NCBI GenBank assembly: GCA_963700635.1
Contig: CAVOYH010000004.1
Span: 320,001-384,000, forward strand
Length of the DNA stretch: 64,000 bases
Source: an uncultured Bacteroidota bacterium
GTDB lineage: Bacteria > Bacteroidota > Ignavibacteria > UBA10030 > UBA6906
Direction: 5' to 3'
The translations under genes and the position numbers were made by a program. The notes under the pieces are model-generated. The model was given only the letters and a program-made list of their open reading frames with translations. It was not told the origin of the DNA and searched no databases. This document shows positions 20,571 through 29,909 of this stretch, piece after piece (position 1 is the first letter of the stretch; the number at the start of each line of letters is the position of its first letter).

Positions 20571-21638
20571 ATGAAACCGATCTCTGCTTCTTTCCCGCGG
20601 ATGTTCTCCCGACGCACACTTGTGGTCGCCGGTGGAGTCCTGCTGGGACTCTTCCTGTTGACCGTGTATGTCGTGTTTTTCGGGGAGAACACTTTTGGAG
20701 AAGAACAGGAGAAGATCTTCTTCGTCCGGCGCGGGCAGTCTTTCTCCCACATCGTGGATTCACTCGATCAACAGGGGGTAATCCGGAGCAGGAACATGTT
20801 CAAGTGGGTGGCCCGCATCTACGGCGGAACCGAGAGGATACAGGTGGGGAAATACCGGTTCACGAGCGGGCTTTCCAATGCTGAGATCTTCCTGATGCTG
20901 CGTAACGGTGAAGGGAATCAGCTCATCAAAGTCACGATTCCGGAAGGGGCCAGCCCACGCCTGCAGGCACGATTGTTTTCCCGTTTAATCGGCATTGATT
21001 CGGCGCGTTACAGTTCAATAGCGTACGATCCGGAGTTTACACGCGACGCCGGAATCGATGCTGCATCACTGGAAGGATATCTCCTGCCCGAAACATACTC
21101 CCTGCGCTGGGGACTCGATGAGGAGGATCTGATACAGATGCAGGTGCGCGAATTCAAGACGTTCTTTTCAGATTCCCTGATCGAGCGGGCGCAAGAACTT
21201 GGTTGGAGTATCCATCAGGCCGTGACATTCGCTTCGATCGTGGAGGGTGAGGCGGTTCTGGACGAAGAACGGCCGGTGATTGCTGGAGTGTACCACAACC
21301 GTCTTCGCATCGGCATGAAGCTGGAGGCAGATCCGACGATCCAGTATATGTTCGATGAAAAACCGAGGAGGGTGCTCTATTCAGATTTGCGTGCAGATAA
21401 TCCGTACAATACGTACAAGTATGTCGGCCTGCCCCCGGGTCCTGTCAATAATCCCGGAAAGGCTTCCATTCTCGCCTCTCTGTATCCTGCGGGGCACAAC
21501 TATTTGTTTTTTGTCGCGAATGGCAGAGGGGGGCACTGGTTTTCAGCTTCGTACACAGATCACTTGAAGAATGTGAGACGGTACCGGCACGAGAGGGCAC
21601 GGCGGTGGAGAGAAGAAAAAAGCCTCACCGGGGGGTGA
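20571..21638 (+). CDS. mltG: endolytic transglycosylase MltG (YceG)
   Basis: VTIPEG, LEGYLLPETY, ASIVEGEA, IAGVYHNRL, LEADPT, NPYNTY..GLPPGPVNNPG. Confidence 0.95.
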   Translation: MKPISASFPRMFSRRTLVVAGGVLLGLFLLTVYVVFFGENTFGEEQEKIFFVRRGQSFSHIVDSLDQQGVIRSRNMFKWVARIYGGTERIQVGKYRFTSGLSNAEIFLMLRNGEGNQLIKVTIPEGASPRLQARLFSRLIGIDSARYSSIAYDPEFTRDAGIDAASLEGYLLPETYSLRWGLDEEDLIQMQVREFKTFFSDSLIERAQELGWSIHQAVTFASIVEGEAVLDEERPVIAGVYHNRLRIGMKLEADPTIQYMFDEKPRRVLYSDLRADNPYNTYKYVGLPPGPVNNPGKASILASLYPAGHNYLFFVANGRGGHWFSASYTDHLKNVRRYRHERARRWREEKSLTGG

Positions 21639-21646
21639 GGCCTTTT
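21616..21646. terminator. probably bidirectional intrinsic terminator overlapping the mltG stop
   Basis: GCCTCACC-gggg-GGTGAGGC 8-bp stem. T6 follows immediately on the minus strand; CTTTT follows on the plus strand. Confidence 0.65.
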
Positions 21647-21647
21647 C

Positions 21648-21822
21648 CTGAACTAGAGACGCATTCCCTGGATCACCCACCATGCATCCTCTTAATACAA
21701 TGCCGGGGTGTATCAGGGTCAGCCGTTACCGCCACCTTCCACCAACGGCTCAGCACGTCCAACTGCACGTGACTCCTGTACACCCCGGGCGTAAACATTA
21801 TGTCGCACATTCTCTGGTTCAG
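21648..21822. ncRNA. candidate structured non-coding RNA (6S-like size and shape; family unassigned)
   Basis: Nested inverted repeats: CTGAACTAGAGA/TCTCTGGTTCAG, CCGGGGTGTA/TACACCCCGG, AGCCGTT/AACGGCT, CACGT/ACGTG. No recognisable ORF. Confidence 0.45.
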
Positions 21823-21859
21823 ACTACCTCATGCTTCTACCTGTAGGAACGAGCAGAGT

Positions 21860-23581
21860 ATGAACAAAGTTCCCACCTCACGCGGTCGTTCAAGAGCCGT
21901 GGTTTTTCAATGGCTTGCAGCGATTGTTTTTGCAGGGTGCGCGGGGCAGATTCACCCCTCCGGTGGCCCAGCCGATTCCATTCCTCCGACCATTATCCGG
22001 ACCGTTCCCGATACAAATGCAATCCGTGTCGCCACAAGGTTTTTCGAACTGGAATTCAACGAATATGTCGACCGGCGGTCCGTGGAGGAATCGATATTTA
22101 TCTCCCCATATCTCGGTGCGCTGGAGTTTGATTGGGGAGGACGGGATGTGCGCATCATTTTCGCGGACACACTGCGGAGGAACACAACGTATGTGGTAAC
22201 AGTCGGGACTGACGTGATCGATCTGCGTGCACAGAACAGGATGGCCCGGGGGTATACGCTCGCCTTCAGCACGGGAGACTCTCTTGATCAGGGTGTGATT
22301 CAGGGACATGTTGTGGACGAGCGGCCGGACGGAGTGATGATCTTCGCCTATAATCTTGAAGGAGTCGATCCCGATACCCTTGATCCGTCACGTGCCCGCC
22401 CCGACTACATTATGCAGACGGGAGCTGACGGCCGATTTCAGCTGCGAAATATTGTTCTCTCAACATACCGGGTGATCGCAGTCCGCGATGAGTACCGGAA
22501 TCTACTCTACGATCGAGAAGTTGATGAGTACGGTGTCTCACAACATGACATCACCCTCGCCCCGGACCGCCCCCGCGAAGAAGGGATCTGGTTCCGGCTT
22601 GCAAAGGAAGACACCACCAGACCGTTCCTTTCCAGTGTGGCCGCTTCCGATCAACATCATCTGCTTATCCGGTTTAGTGAAGCCGTTGATACGCTCTCCG
22701 TTGCTACGGCCCTCGTAAGTGTCTCTGATACGCTCACCGCACTCCCTGTGCGGCTCGGGGCGCTCTATCCGGATATGGCGAATCCGGCACTGCTCGGAGC
22801 TGAGTTGCTTGATCCTCTTGACAGCACCCGTGTGTACCGCCTACGTGTCCGGGGATTCCTCGATCGTACCGGTAATGCCATCGACACCGTGCACAGTATC
22901 GCGGATTTTTCCGGCTCGGGTATTCCCGATACTTCGAGGCCTTCGCTGAGAATAAGGGGGGTAGCCGATAGTGCCCAGGGTGTTCCGCTCAACTCTCCCT
23001 TTCAGATAGAGTTTGGCAAGCCTGTCTCTCTTCGCGGGGCACTGGCAGCGGTGCGGCTGATGGACAGCTCACACAGTGTTGTCCCTGCCACCATCGTTGC
23101 TCGAACCCCCGCGGAAATACTTCTTCTCCCGCATGCCAGCCTCTCGCCTCTTGCGTGGTATTCCATCCGGGTGGTGATGGACTCGTTGGTGGATAGCCGG
23201 GGAAATCGGTATCAGGATTCGCTTGTGACCGTGAGGTTCAGGACTCTTGACCTGCGCTCGACAGGGTCAATCGAAGGACAGGTGCTGGATCCCACGGGAA
23301 AAGGGAATGTTATGATTACCGCGCGGAGTGTGGATCTGATTCCTCCGCGAACAGGTTCAGTCGTTGTCGAGAAGGGAACCGCGTTCATGATCCGGGAACT
23401 GTCTGAAGGAAAGTACACGATTCAGGGATACCGTGATGAGGATAGGAACGGCGCATACAGTGCGGGGCTTCCGTCTCCGTTTCGTCCGTCTGAACGTTTT
23501 GTTGTTTATCCCGACACCGTGAAGGTGCGCGCGCGATGGAGCATAGAGGGAGTGATACTCAGGTTTCCCGAAGGCAGGTAG
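21860..23581 (+). CDS. Ig-like (Big_5) domain lipoprotein
   Basis: Lipobox FAGC followed by P.GGP.D..PP, FNEYVD, NTTYVVT, FSTG...D pattern and repeated beta-sandwich domains. Confidence 0.75.
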   Translation: MNKVPTSRGRSRAVVFQWLAAIVFAGCAGQIHPSGGPADSIPPTIIRTVPDTNAIRVATRFFELEFNEYVDRRSVEESIFISPYLGALEFDWGGRDVRIIFADTLRRNTTYVVTVGTDVIDLRAQNRMARGYTLAFSTGDSLDQGVIQGHVVDERPDGVMIFAYNLEGVDPDTLDPSRARPDYIMQTGADGRFQLRNIVLSTYRVIAVRDEYRNLLYDREVDEYGVSQHDITLAPDRPREEGIWFRLAKEDTTRPFLSSVAASDQHHLLIRFSEAVDTLSVATALVSVSDTLTALPVRLGALYPDMANPALLGAELLDPLDSTRVYRLRVRGFLDRTGNAIDTVHSIADFSGSGIPDTSRPSLRIRGVADSAQGVPLNSPFQIEFGKPVSLRGALAAVRLMDSSHSVVPATIVARTPAEILLLPHASLSPLAWYSIRVVMDSLVDSRGNRYQDSLVTVRFRTLDLRSTGSIEGQVLDPTGKGNVMITARSVDLIPPRTGSVVVEKGTAFMIRELSEGKYTIQGYRDEDRNGAYSAGLPSPFRPSERFVVYPDTVKVRARWSIEGVILRFPEGR

Positions 23582-23679
23582 TCCAAACGAGACTGGATCA
23601 GAACCCCACCGCAGGCGGTGATTTGTTTATGTACAGGACTGTGGTACCCTGGCCCGGGTTGGCCCGGGACGGGCGGAAG

Positions 23680-24237
23680 TTATGGCCGTTTGCCGGGTGA
23701 AATAAGAACTTTCTCGGGAACAGTCCACGCCTCCACATATCCCAGTTCTGTCATCCTTCGTGCAAATCGATCCGCTTCAAATCTGTTCTGAAAGTTTCCT
23801 GCCCGCAGTTTGTAGGTAGGCGCATGATAATGGAGGTAGAACCACTCCTCAGGGAAGACCGCTTCGAATTCTGACTTCTTGTCGCGGGCGGCATCGATGC
23901 TGGTCGTTGAGAAGACCTGGACCCGGAATCCCTGCGTCGTCTCCTGGCTTGCGGGAACCATAAATTCATCCGCCACGATTACACTGCTGGTGTCGACATG
24001 CCGGGGGTGGCGATCAACGTTCAGGACACGAGCCGGGTCAGAATCTGATGGTTGGAATGTGGATTCAAACCGACGGATTTCCTCTTCTGTTGCCTTATGC
24101 TCCCCCGCCTTCACGGCTTTGGTCGACGCACATCCGGAAAGCATCACGAATCCGATCGTGGTGCAAAGCAGGGCAACCAGCAGTGCTCCCGGTGGGCGGC
24201 ATGGCAGACCAGCGGGAGAAGGGATGTACGTATTCAT
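23680..24237 (-). CDS. SPOR domain lipoprotein
   Basis: LSGC lipobox; C-terminal GFRVQVF...PTYKLRAGNF..RFEA SPOR pattern. Confidence 0.8.
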   Translation of the reverse strand: MNTYIPSPAGLPCRPPGALLVALLCTTIGFVMLSGCASTKAVKAGEHKATEEEIRRFESTFQPSDSDPARVLNVDRHPRHVDTSSVIVADEFMVPASQETTQGFRVQVFSTTSIDAARDKKSEFEAVFPEEWFYLHYHAPTYKLRAGNFQNRFEADRFARRMTELGYVEAWTVPEKVLISPGKRP

Positions 24238-24239
24238 GC

Positions 24240-24767
24240 CTACCTCTTTATTTGTACAATCCAGGAATCCCTGTACTCTGCCGGATGGTCTGCCTGCATC
24301 CGCAGCAGGAGTGTTCGCGCTTCTGCGCGGCTCGCGAACGAACCGATACGGATCTGATACAGGGCCAGGCTTGGATAAAACTCATTGCGCACAGAAAACT
24401 GGTAGCGCCTACGGGCGAGGGTTTGCGCCTGGATAGCGTTTTGTGGATCCTTAAACGCTCCTATCTGCACGGCAAATCCTTCTTCTCCGGCTGTGAACGT
24501 GGAATCGGCTGGTCCCGGTTCATCCTTGGGGAGGGCATCTACGGTGTCGGTGCGCATAACAAACTCGACAGTTTCCGACGATGCTGGGGGAGGAGCGGAA
24601 ACGGTCGATGAGTCCGGTGGAAGGGGTATCTCCGGCGCTGGCGCGGTCGTCCCACATCCTGCAAAAAAGAAGGCACTCACGATGGCGAGGACCCCGGAAG
24701 GTCGCACCGGAAATCTCCATACCGTGATATCAGCAGAACTGTGCGGGTTCGTACGCTCATCCTCCAA
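24240..24767 (-). CDS. SPOR domain lipoprotein
   Basis: FAGC lipobox, Pro-rich linker, GFAVQIGAF...NA...[13 protein letters not shown]. Confidence 0.8.
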   Translation of the reverse strand: MEDERTNPHSSADITVWRFPVRPSGVLAIVSAFFFAGCGTTAPAPEIPLPPDSSTVSAPPPASSETVEFVMRTDTVDALPKDEPGPADSTFTAGEEGFAVQIGAFKDPQNAIQAQTLARRRYQFSVRNEFYPSLALYQIRIGSFASRAEARTLLLRMQADHPAEYRDSWIVQIKR

Positions 24768-25611
24768 CGATTTTTACGCTGGCACTTGCGCCGATACGAT
24801 CGGCGCCGCTTGCGACCATTGTGAGAGCATCTTCCCGGCTCCTCACGCCACCGGATGCTTTGACGCCCATGGCGGAGCCGACGACCCGGCGCATAAGAGC
24901 GATGTCGCCTGCAGTTGCTCCTCCCTTGCCGAATCCGGTGGAGGTCTTGACAAAATCCGCGCCTGCACGGCGTGCCAGGACGCATGCCTTGATTTTCTCT
25001 TCGTCCGAGAGGAGCCCGGTTTCGATAATCACTTTTGTGAGCACTTTATGGCGTCGGGCCGCGGCCACCACTCCGGCGATATCCCGTTCGACATAATGAA
25101 ACTCTCCGCCTTTGAGCATTCCCACGTTAATCACCATATCCACTTCTTCAGCGCCGTCGTGTATGGCGAGTTCCGTTTCACCCGCTTTTGCCGCACTTGA
25201 GGTCGCGCCGAGGGGGAAGCCGATAACCGTGCACACTTTTACGGGTGATCCTTTGAGAAGGCGGGCGCACAACGGCACGTAGCTCGCGTTTACACACACG
25301 CTCGCAAAGCTGAACTTCCGCGCCTCGGCGCAGAGTTGTTCGATTTCCTTCGGCATCGCGTCCGGCTTGAGCATGGTGTGATCGATCATCCGTCCTAGAG
25401 CAGGATCCACTCCGCCTGCCAGTTCGATGCCGGTCCCGGAGGTAATACGCGACGCACCATTCTCAACAATACAGCGGACCCCTTCGGTGTTGTGAATAAC
25501 ACAGAGGCCGTCCTTACACATTCCTTCCTGACAGGCCAAAGTTCCGGAAGGCGCGCCCAGCTTCTGTGTTAAAACTTCACGGACAATGCGGTCGACAAGA
25601 GTACGGTCCAT
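24757..25611 (-). CDS. deoC: deoxyribose-phosphate aldolase with ~70-aa N-terminal extension
   Basis: [36 protein letters not shown] (Schiff-base Lys), [14 protein letters not shown]. Confidence 0.95.
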   Translation of the reverse strand: MDRTLVDRIVREVLTQKLGAPSGTLACQEGMCKDGLCVIHNTEGVRCIVENGASRITSGTGIELAGGVDPALGRMIDHTMLKPDAMPKEIEQLCAEARKFSFASVCVNASYVPLCARLLKGSPVKVCTVIGFPLGATSSAAKAGETELAIHDGAEEVDMVINVGMLKGGEFHYVERDIAGVVAAARRHKVLTKVIIETGLLSDEEKIKACVLARRAGADFVKTSTGFGKGGATAGDIALMRRVVGSAMGVKASGGVRSREDALTMVASGADRIGASASVKIVGG

Positions 25612-25618
25612 ACGGTCC

Positions 25619-25646
25619 AATATAGGGGAAAGAAGAGGAGATGCAA
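25619..25646 (-). promoter_or_regulatory. promoter of deoC (likely leaderless)
   Basis: TTGCAT-16 nt-TATATT, 7 nt before the ATG at 25611. Confidence 0.5.
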
Positions 25647-25662
25647 CCGGGTGGGTTGCGTC

Positions 25663-27084
25663 TCAGGGTTCATCATCCAGGAAGATTTTTCCGGGATTGA
25701 GTATTCCAGCTGGGTCAAATACCCGTTTGATGTCCCTCATCAATCTTAGTTCCACGGGATGAAGGGCCAGAGGAAGATACGGGCGTTGCGCGTAGCCAAT
25801 ACCATGTTCGGCGGAAATTGTCCCGCCGAGACTTACGGTCAGCGCAAAAATCTCACGAATTGCAGGGTCTATGACCCGGTTCCAGGTGTCCTCGTCGAGC
25901 GTGTGCTTCAGGATATTCACATGGACATTGCCGTCCCCGGCATGGCCGTAGCAGATGGAGGTCAGTCCATACCGCCCGCAGATCTCTTTCACGCCTTTGA
26001 CCAGCTGGGGAAGCTGTGCCCGTGGCACGACGGTGTCTTCTTCTTTGTACGCGGATATGGACTTTACGGCCTCGCCGATACCCTGCCGGAGAGCCCACAC
26101 TTCGTCCACTTTCTGCCTGTCTTCAGCCAGCAGGATATCCGCCGCGTTGTGTTTTTCTACCACTTCCGCGATTGCGGTGATTTCCTCTGTGAGCGCATCC
26201 TCATGGTTGCCGTCCACTTCAATCAACAGTTGAGCCGCCGCAGTGCCGTTGGGAAAACTTTTGCCAAGACGCTCCTCGGCGGCCTGTACGGCGGCGCGTT
26301 CCAGGAATTCCATGGCGGACGGGGTGATACCGCGCTGGAATATCGAGGCGACTGCTGCTGCGGCGTCTTCGAGCGTATGAAAGGCAACAAGGACCACCTT
26401 TTTCAGACGAACGCGGGGCACCAGTCGGACCACCACTCTGGTGATCACTGCGAGCGTGCCCTCACTTCCGATGATCAGCTGAGTGAGATTATACCCTGAC
26501 ACATTTTTCAGGACGCGTGCGCCGGTTGTGAAGATTTCTCCGTTAGGCAGGACGGCCTCAATGCCCAGGACGTAGTCTTTTGTCACGCCGTACTTCACGG
26601 CATGCGGCCCGCCCGCGCATTCGGCGAGATTTCCTCCTATAAAGCAGCTACCCCTTGATGCCGGGTCCGGCGGGTAAAAAAGTCCGGCCTTCTCCACTTC
26701 CTCCTGAAACTTCTGCGTAATGACGCCCGGTTCCACCGTGGCCTGAAGATTCTGTGTGTCAATCGCCACGATCCGGTCAAACCGCCGCATGGACAGGCAG
26801 ATCCCTCCCGCCACAGGGAGAGCGCCGCCGGAAAGTCCGGTTCCACCGCCCCTCGGCGTGACCGGGATCGCATGCTGGGTCGCAAGTCGGAGGATGGCCG
26901 AGACCTGGGCCGTCGTATCCGGTTCGAGTACCACGCCGGGAAGAAACAGCAGATCCTCCGTTTCGTCCCGGCCGTGAAGTGCGAGAGACTCCCCGTCTGT
27001 CCGGACGTACTCCGTCCCCAGAATCTTTCTAAACGCGTTAAGGAGGTCTTCGGAGAGAATGCGGGGGGGGATTGATGTCGGCAT
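25663..27084 (-). CDS. FAD-linked oxidase, GlcD/D-2-hydroxyacid dehydrogenase family
   Basis: PRGGGTGLSGGA, YPPDPAS, GSEGTL, GHAGDGNVH, SAEHGIG, DPAGILNPGKI. Confidence 0.9.
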   Translation of the reverse strand: MPTSIPPRILSEDLLNAFRKILGTEYVRTDGESLALHGRDETEDLLFLPGVVLEPDTTAQVSAILRLATQHAIPVTPRGGGTGLSGGALPVAGGICLSMRRFDRIVAIDTQNLQATVEPGVITQKFQEEVEKAGLFYPPDPASRGSCFIGGNLAECAGGPHAVKYGVTKDYVLGIEAVLPNGEIFTTGARVLKNVSGYNLTQLIIGSEGTLAVITRVVVRLVPRVRLKKVVLVAFHTLEDAAAAVASIFQRGITPSAMEFLERAAVQAAEERLGKSFPNGTAAAQLLIEVDGNHEDALTEEITAIAEVVEKHNAADILLAEDRQKVDEVWALRQGIGEAVKSISAYKEEDTVVPRAQLPQLVKGVKEICGRYGLTSICYGHAGDGNVHVNILKHTLDEDTWNRVIDPAIREIFALTVSLGGTISAEHGIGYAQRPYLPLALHPVELRLMRDIKRVFDPAGILNPGKIFLDDEP

Positions 27085-27090
27085 GGAGTG

Positions 27091-29868
27091 TTAACCCTTG
27101 AGCATCTCGAGGTTCTTCTCCAGTTTCTCCATGGCATGGGCAAACGAGTCGAGCTTTTCACGTTCGCGCTCAACAACATCCTGAGGAGCTTTTGCCACAA
27201 AGCTCTCGTTGGCGAGCTTACGCTGGACACCCTGGAGCATGCCTGCAAGCCGGTCGATTTCTTTCTGGAGTCGTGCGCGTTCGACATCGAGGTCAATTAA
27301 ACCCTCGAGCGGTACGAAGAGCTCCTTGCCGTCGACCACTGCGCTTGCAGAAAGACGTGGACGCGCTGTTTCGTCAAGAAATCCCAGTGATGTCACACGT
27401 GCGAGACGCTGAAGATATCCCTCATAGCGGCGGATGCTCTCACGCGATTGCGGATCACCCAGCCGCATCAAGAGTCCGATGTCCTTCGACGGGGCGATCC
27501 CCATCTCGCTTCTGATGGTACGGACTGTCTCGATGACATTCTGAACAAAGACCATTTCCTTTTCCACATCCGTGTCGATATACGTCGTATCGGCAGGGAC
27601 GATTTCCGTGCGCATGATACTTTCGAGGGGCGCGCGTTCCCGGATATTCTGCCAGAGCTCTTCCGTGACAAACGGCATCAGGGGGTGCAACAGGCGCAGC
27701 GCAGCATCGTAGACGTCGATTGCCCGCGAGATCACTGCGATTTTTACCGGCTCGGGTTCGGTACCGTACAGACGGGACTTCACCATCTCCAGATACCAGT
27801 CGCAGTAGTCGTGCCAGAAGAAATCGTAGATTATCTTTGCAACTTTGTTGATGTCAAACTGCTCCAGGGCTGCAGCAATCCCTGCAGTCGTCGAATGGAG
27901 CCGGGAGAGTATCCATCGATCCGCAAGATCAAGATGGTCGAGGTTGAAGGATGCCCCGGTTGTTTGCGGAACGCCGCCGATCTGATCGCGGTTCATAAGC
28001 ACAAACCGGCCTGCATTCCAAATCTTGTTGGCGAAGTTCCTCCCGATCTCGTTCTTCTCCCTGGAGTAGAGAATATCCTGTCCGAGTGGCGCGAGATAAA
28101 TAACCGTGAATCGTACTGCATCCGCTCCATATTCGGCAATAAGATCGAGCGGTTCGGGGGAATTGCCCAGCGACTTGGACATCTTGCGGCCTTTGTCATC
28201 CCGGACCAGGCTCGTGAAGTAGACGTCCCGGAACGGTACATTAAGCGCCGGATCCGAACTTCCGGTGAACGAGGGGCCGAACTTCAGTCCGGCCATAATC
28301 ATCCGTGCCACCCAGAAAAAGATGATATCAGGCGCCGTGACAAGGGTATCCGTTGGATAGAAATACTGCAGGTCCTTTTCCGATCCGGGCTTTCCCTGCC
28401 CCGGCCAGTCATGGACCGAGAACGGCCACAGCCAGGAAGAAAACCACGTGTCGAGCACGTCTTCATCCTGCTTGAGGTTCGTGGTTCCACACCGGGGGCA
28501 CAGTTCCGGTGTCGAGCGGCTCACGATCGGCTCCGGGCATGCGGGCCTGCCGTCCTGTCCCTGGCAGTACCAGACCGGGATCCGGTGACCCCACCAGAGT
28601 TGGCGGGAGATACACCAGTCCCGGATATTTGACATCCAGTGCTGGTAGACCTTCGTCCATCGGTCAGGATAAAACCGGATCGTCCCGTTCTGCACAACCT
28701 CGAGGGCGGGTTTTGCAAGAGGCTCCATCCGGACGAACCATTGATCGGACAGATAGGGTTCGATCACGGTGTCGCACCGGTAACAACGCCCGACATTGTT
28801 GATGTGATCTTCAACTTTGGCCAGAAGGTCGTCCTTCTCAAGGTCCTCGAGCACGAGCCGGCGTGCTTCGTAACGATCCAGGCCGCGGTACTTCCTGGGG
28901 ACGGTGTCGATCGTTCTGGCAGAGATGTCAAAAATATTTATTTGCGGCAACGAGTGCCGCAGTCCGATCTGAAAGTCATTCGGGTCGTGAGCAGGAGTAA
29001 CTTTGACCATACCCGTGCCGAAGGCAGGATCCACAAAATCATCGGCAATGATAGGAATCTCCCGCTCTGTGAGCGGGAGGAGCGCCATTCTGCCAATCAG
29101 GTGTTTGTAACGCTCGTCCGAGGGATTCACCGCAATAGCGGTATCACCGAGCATCGTTTCGGGCCGGGTGGTCGCGACAGTCAGATACTTCTTTGTTGGC
29201 GTGCTCTTGCCTTTGGCCAGAATGGGATATTTGATGTAGTAGAGCTTTCCCTTTTGTTCGCTATGATTGACCTCATCGTCAGAAATGGCGGTATGATCTT
29301 TCGGGCACCAGTTGACGATGTATTTGCCGCGGTAGATCAAACCTTCTTCGAAGAGCCGGACGAACACTTCGCGCACGGCGGCTGAGAGGCTTTCGTCCAT
29401 CGTGAACCGTTCGCGGTCCCAGTCGCAGGAGGTGCCGAGTTTTCGCAACTGCTGAATAATCACCCCGCCATACTGCGCCCGCCATTCCCACACCCTCTCG
29501 ATGAACTTCTCACGTCCAAGATCGTGTCTCGTTTTTCCGTCTTTGATCAGCGATCGTTCAACGACATTCTGGGTTGCGATTCCGGCATGATCCGTGCCGG
29601 GGATCCAGCACGCCTCAAATCCTGTCATACGTTTGTACCGGATGAACGCATCCTGAAGCGTGTTGTTCAGGATATGTCCCATGTGCAGTACACCTGTCAC
29701 GTTTGGTGGCGGAATAACGATCGTGTACGGCTTCTTTTCGGGGTTAACGTGCGCACGAAAGAGGTGATGTTCTTCCCAGAACCGGTACCACTTTTCTTCG
29801 GTTTCCTGAGGGCTATACGTCTTCGGGATTGCTGATGCTGGGGGTTGATCCGACAAATATTGCTCCAA
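27091..29868 (-). CDS. valS: valine--tRNA ligase
   Basis: PPPNVTG.LHMGH, DHAGIATQ, ATTRPET, DWCISRQLWWGH, KMSKS, C-terminal coiled coil. Confidence 0.98.
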   Translation of the reverse strand: MEQYLSDQPPASAIPKTYSPQETEEKWYRFWEEHHLFRAHVNPEKKPYTIVIPPPNVTGVLHMGHILNNTLQDAFIRYKRMTGFEACWIPGTDHAGIATQNVVERSLIKDGKTRHDLGREKFIERVWEWRAQYGGVIIQQLRKLGTSCDWDRERFTMDESLSAAVREVFVRLFEEGLIYRGKYIVNWCPKDHTAISDDEVNHSEQKGKLYYIKYPILAKGKSTPTKKYLTVATTRPETMLGDTAIAVNPSDERYKHLIGRMALLPLTEREIPIIADDFVDPAFGTGMVKVTPAHDPNDFQIGLRHSLPQINIFDISARTIDTVPRKYRGLDRYEARRLVLEDLEKDDLLAKVEDHINNVGRCYRCDTVIEPYLSDQWFVRMEPLAKPALEVVQNGTIRFYPDRWTKVYQHWMSNIRDWCISRQLWWGHRIPVWYCQGQDGRPACPEPIVSRSTPELCPRCGTTNLKQDEDVLDTWFSSWLWPFSVHDWPGQGKPGSEKDLQYFYPTDTLVTAPDIIFFWVARMIMAGLKFGPSFTGSSDPALNVPFRDVYFTSLVRDDKGRKMSKSLGNSPEPLDLIAEYGADAVRFTVIYLAPLGQDILYSREKNEIGRNFANKIWNAGRFVLMNRDQIGGVPQTTGASFNLDHLDLADRWILSRLHSTTAGIAAALEQFDINKVAKIIYDFFWHDYCDWYLEMVKSRLYGTEPEPVKIAVISRAIDVYDAALRLLHPLMPFVTEELWQNIRERAPLESIMRTEIVPADTTYIDTDVEKEMVFVQNVIETVRTIRSEMGIAPSKDIGLLMRLGDPQSRESIRRYEGYLQRLARVTSLGFLDETARPRLSASAVVDGKELFVPLEGLIDLDVERARLQKEIDRLAGMLQGVQRKLANESFVAKAPQDVVEREREKLDSFAHAMEKLEKNLEMLKG

Positions 29869-29909
29869 CGGGTTGTTATCGTGCTGAATGACCGGCGGTG
29901 GACACCTTC

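Noticed and set aside
21672-21810. 45-codon minus-strand ORF within the structured intergenic element
   Set aside because: No recognisable protein features; the nested inverted repeats are better explained by RNA/DNA structure
27448-29385. 394-aa and 248-aa plus-strand ORFs inside valS
   Set aside because: Antisense shadows of valS with no domain signal
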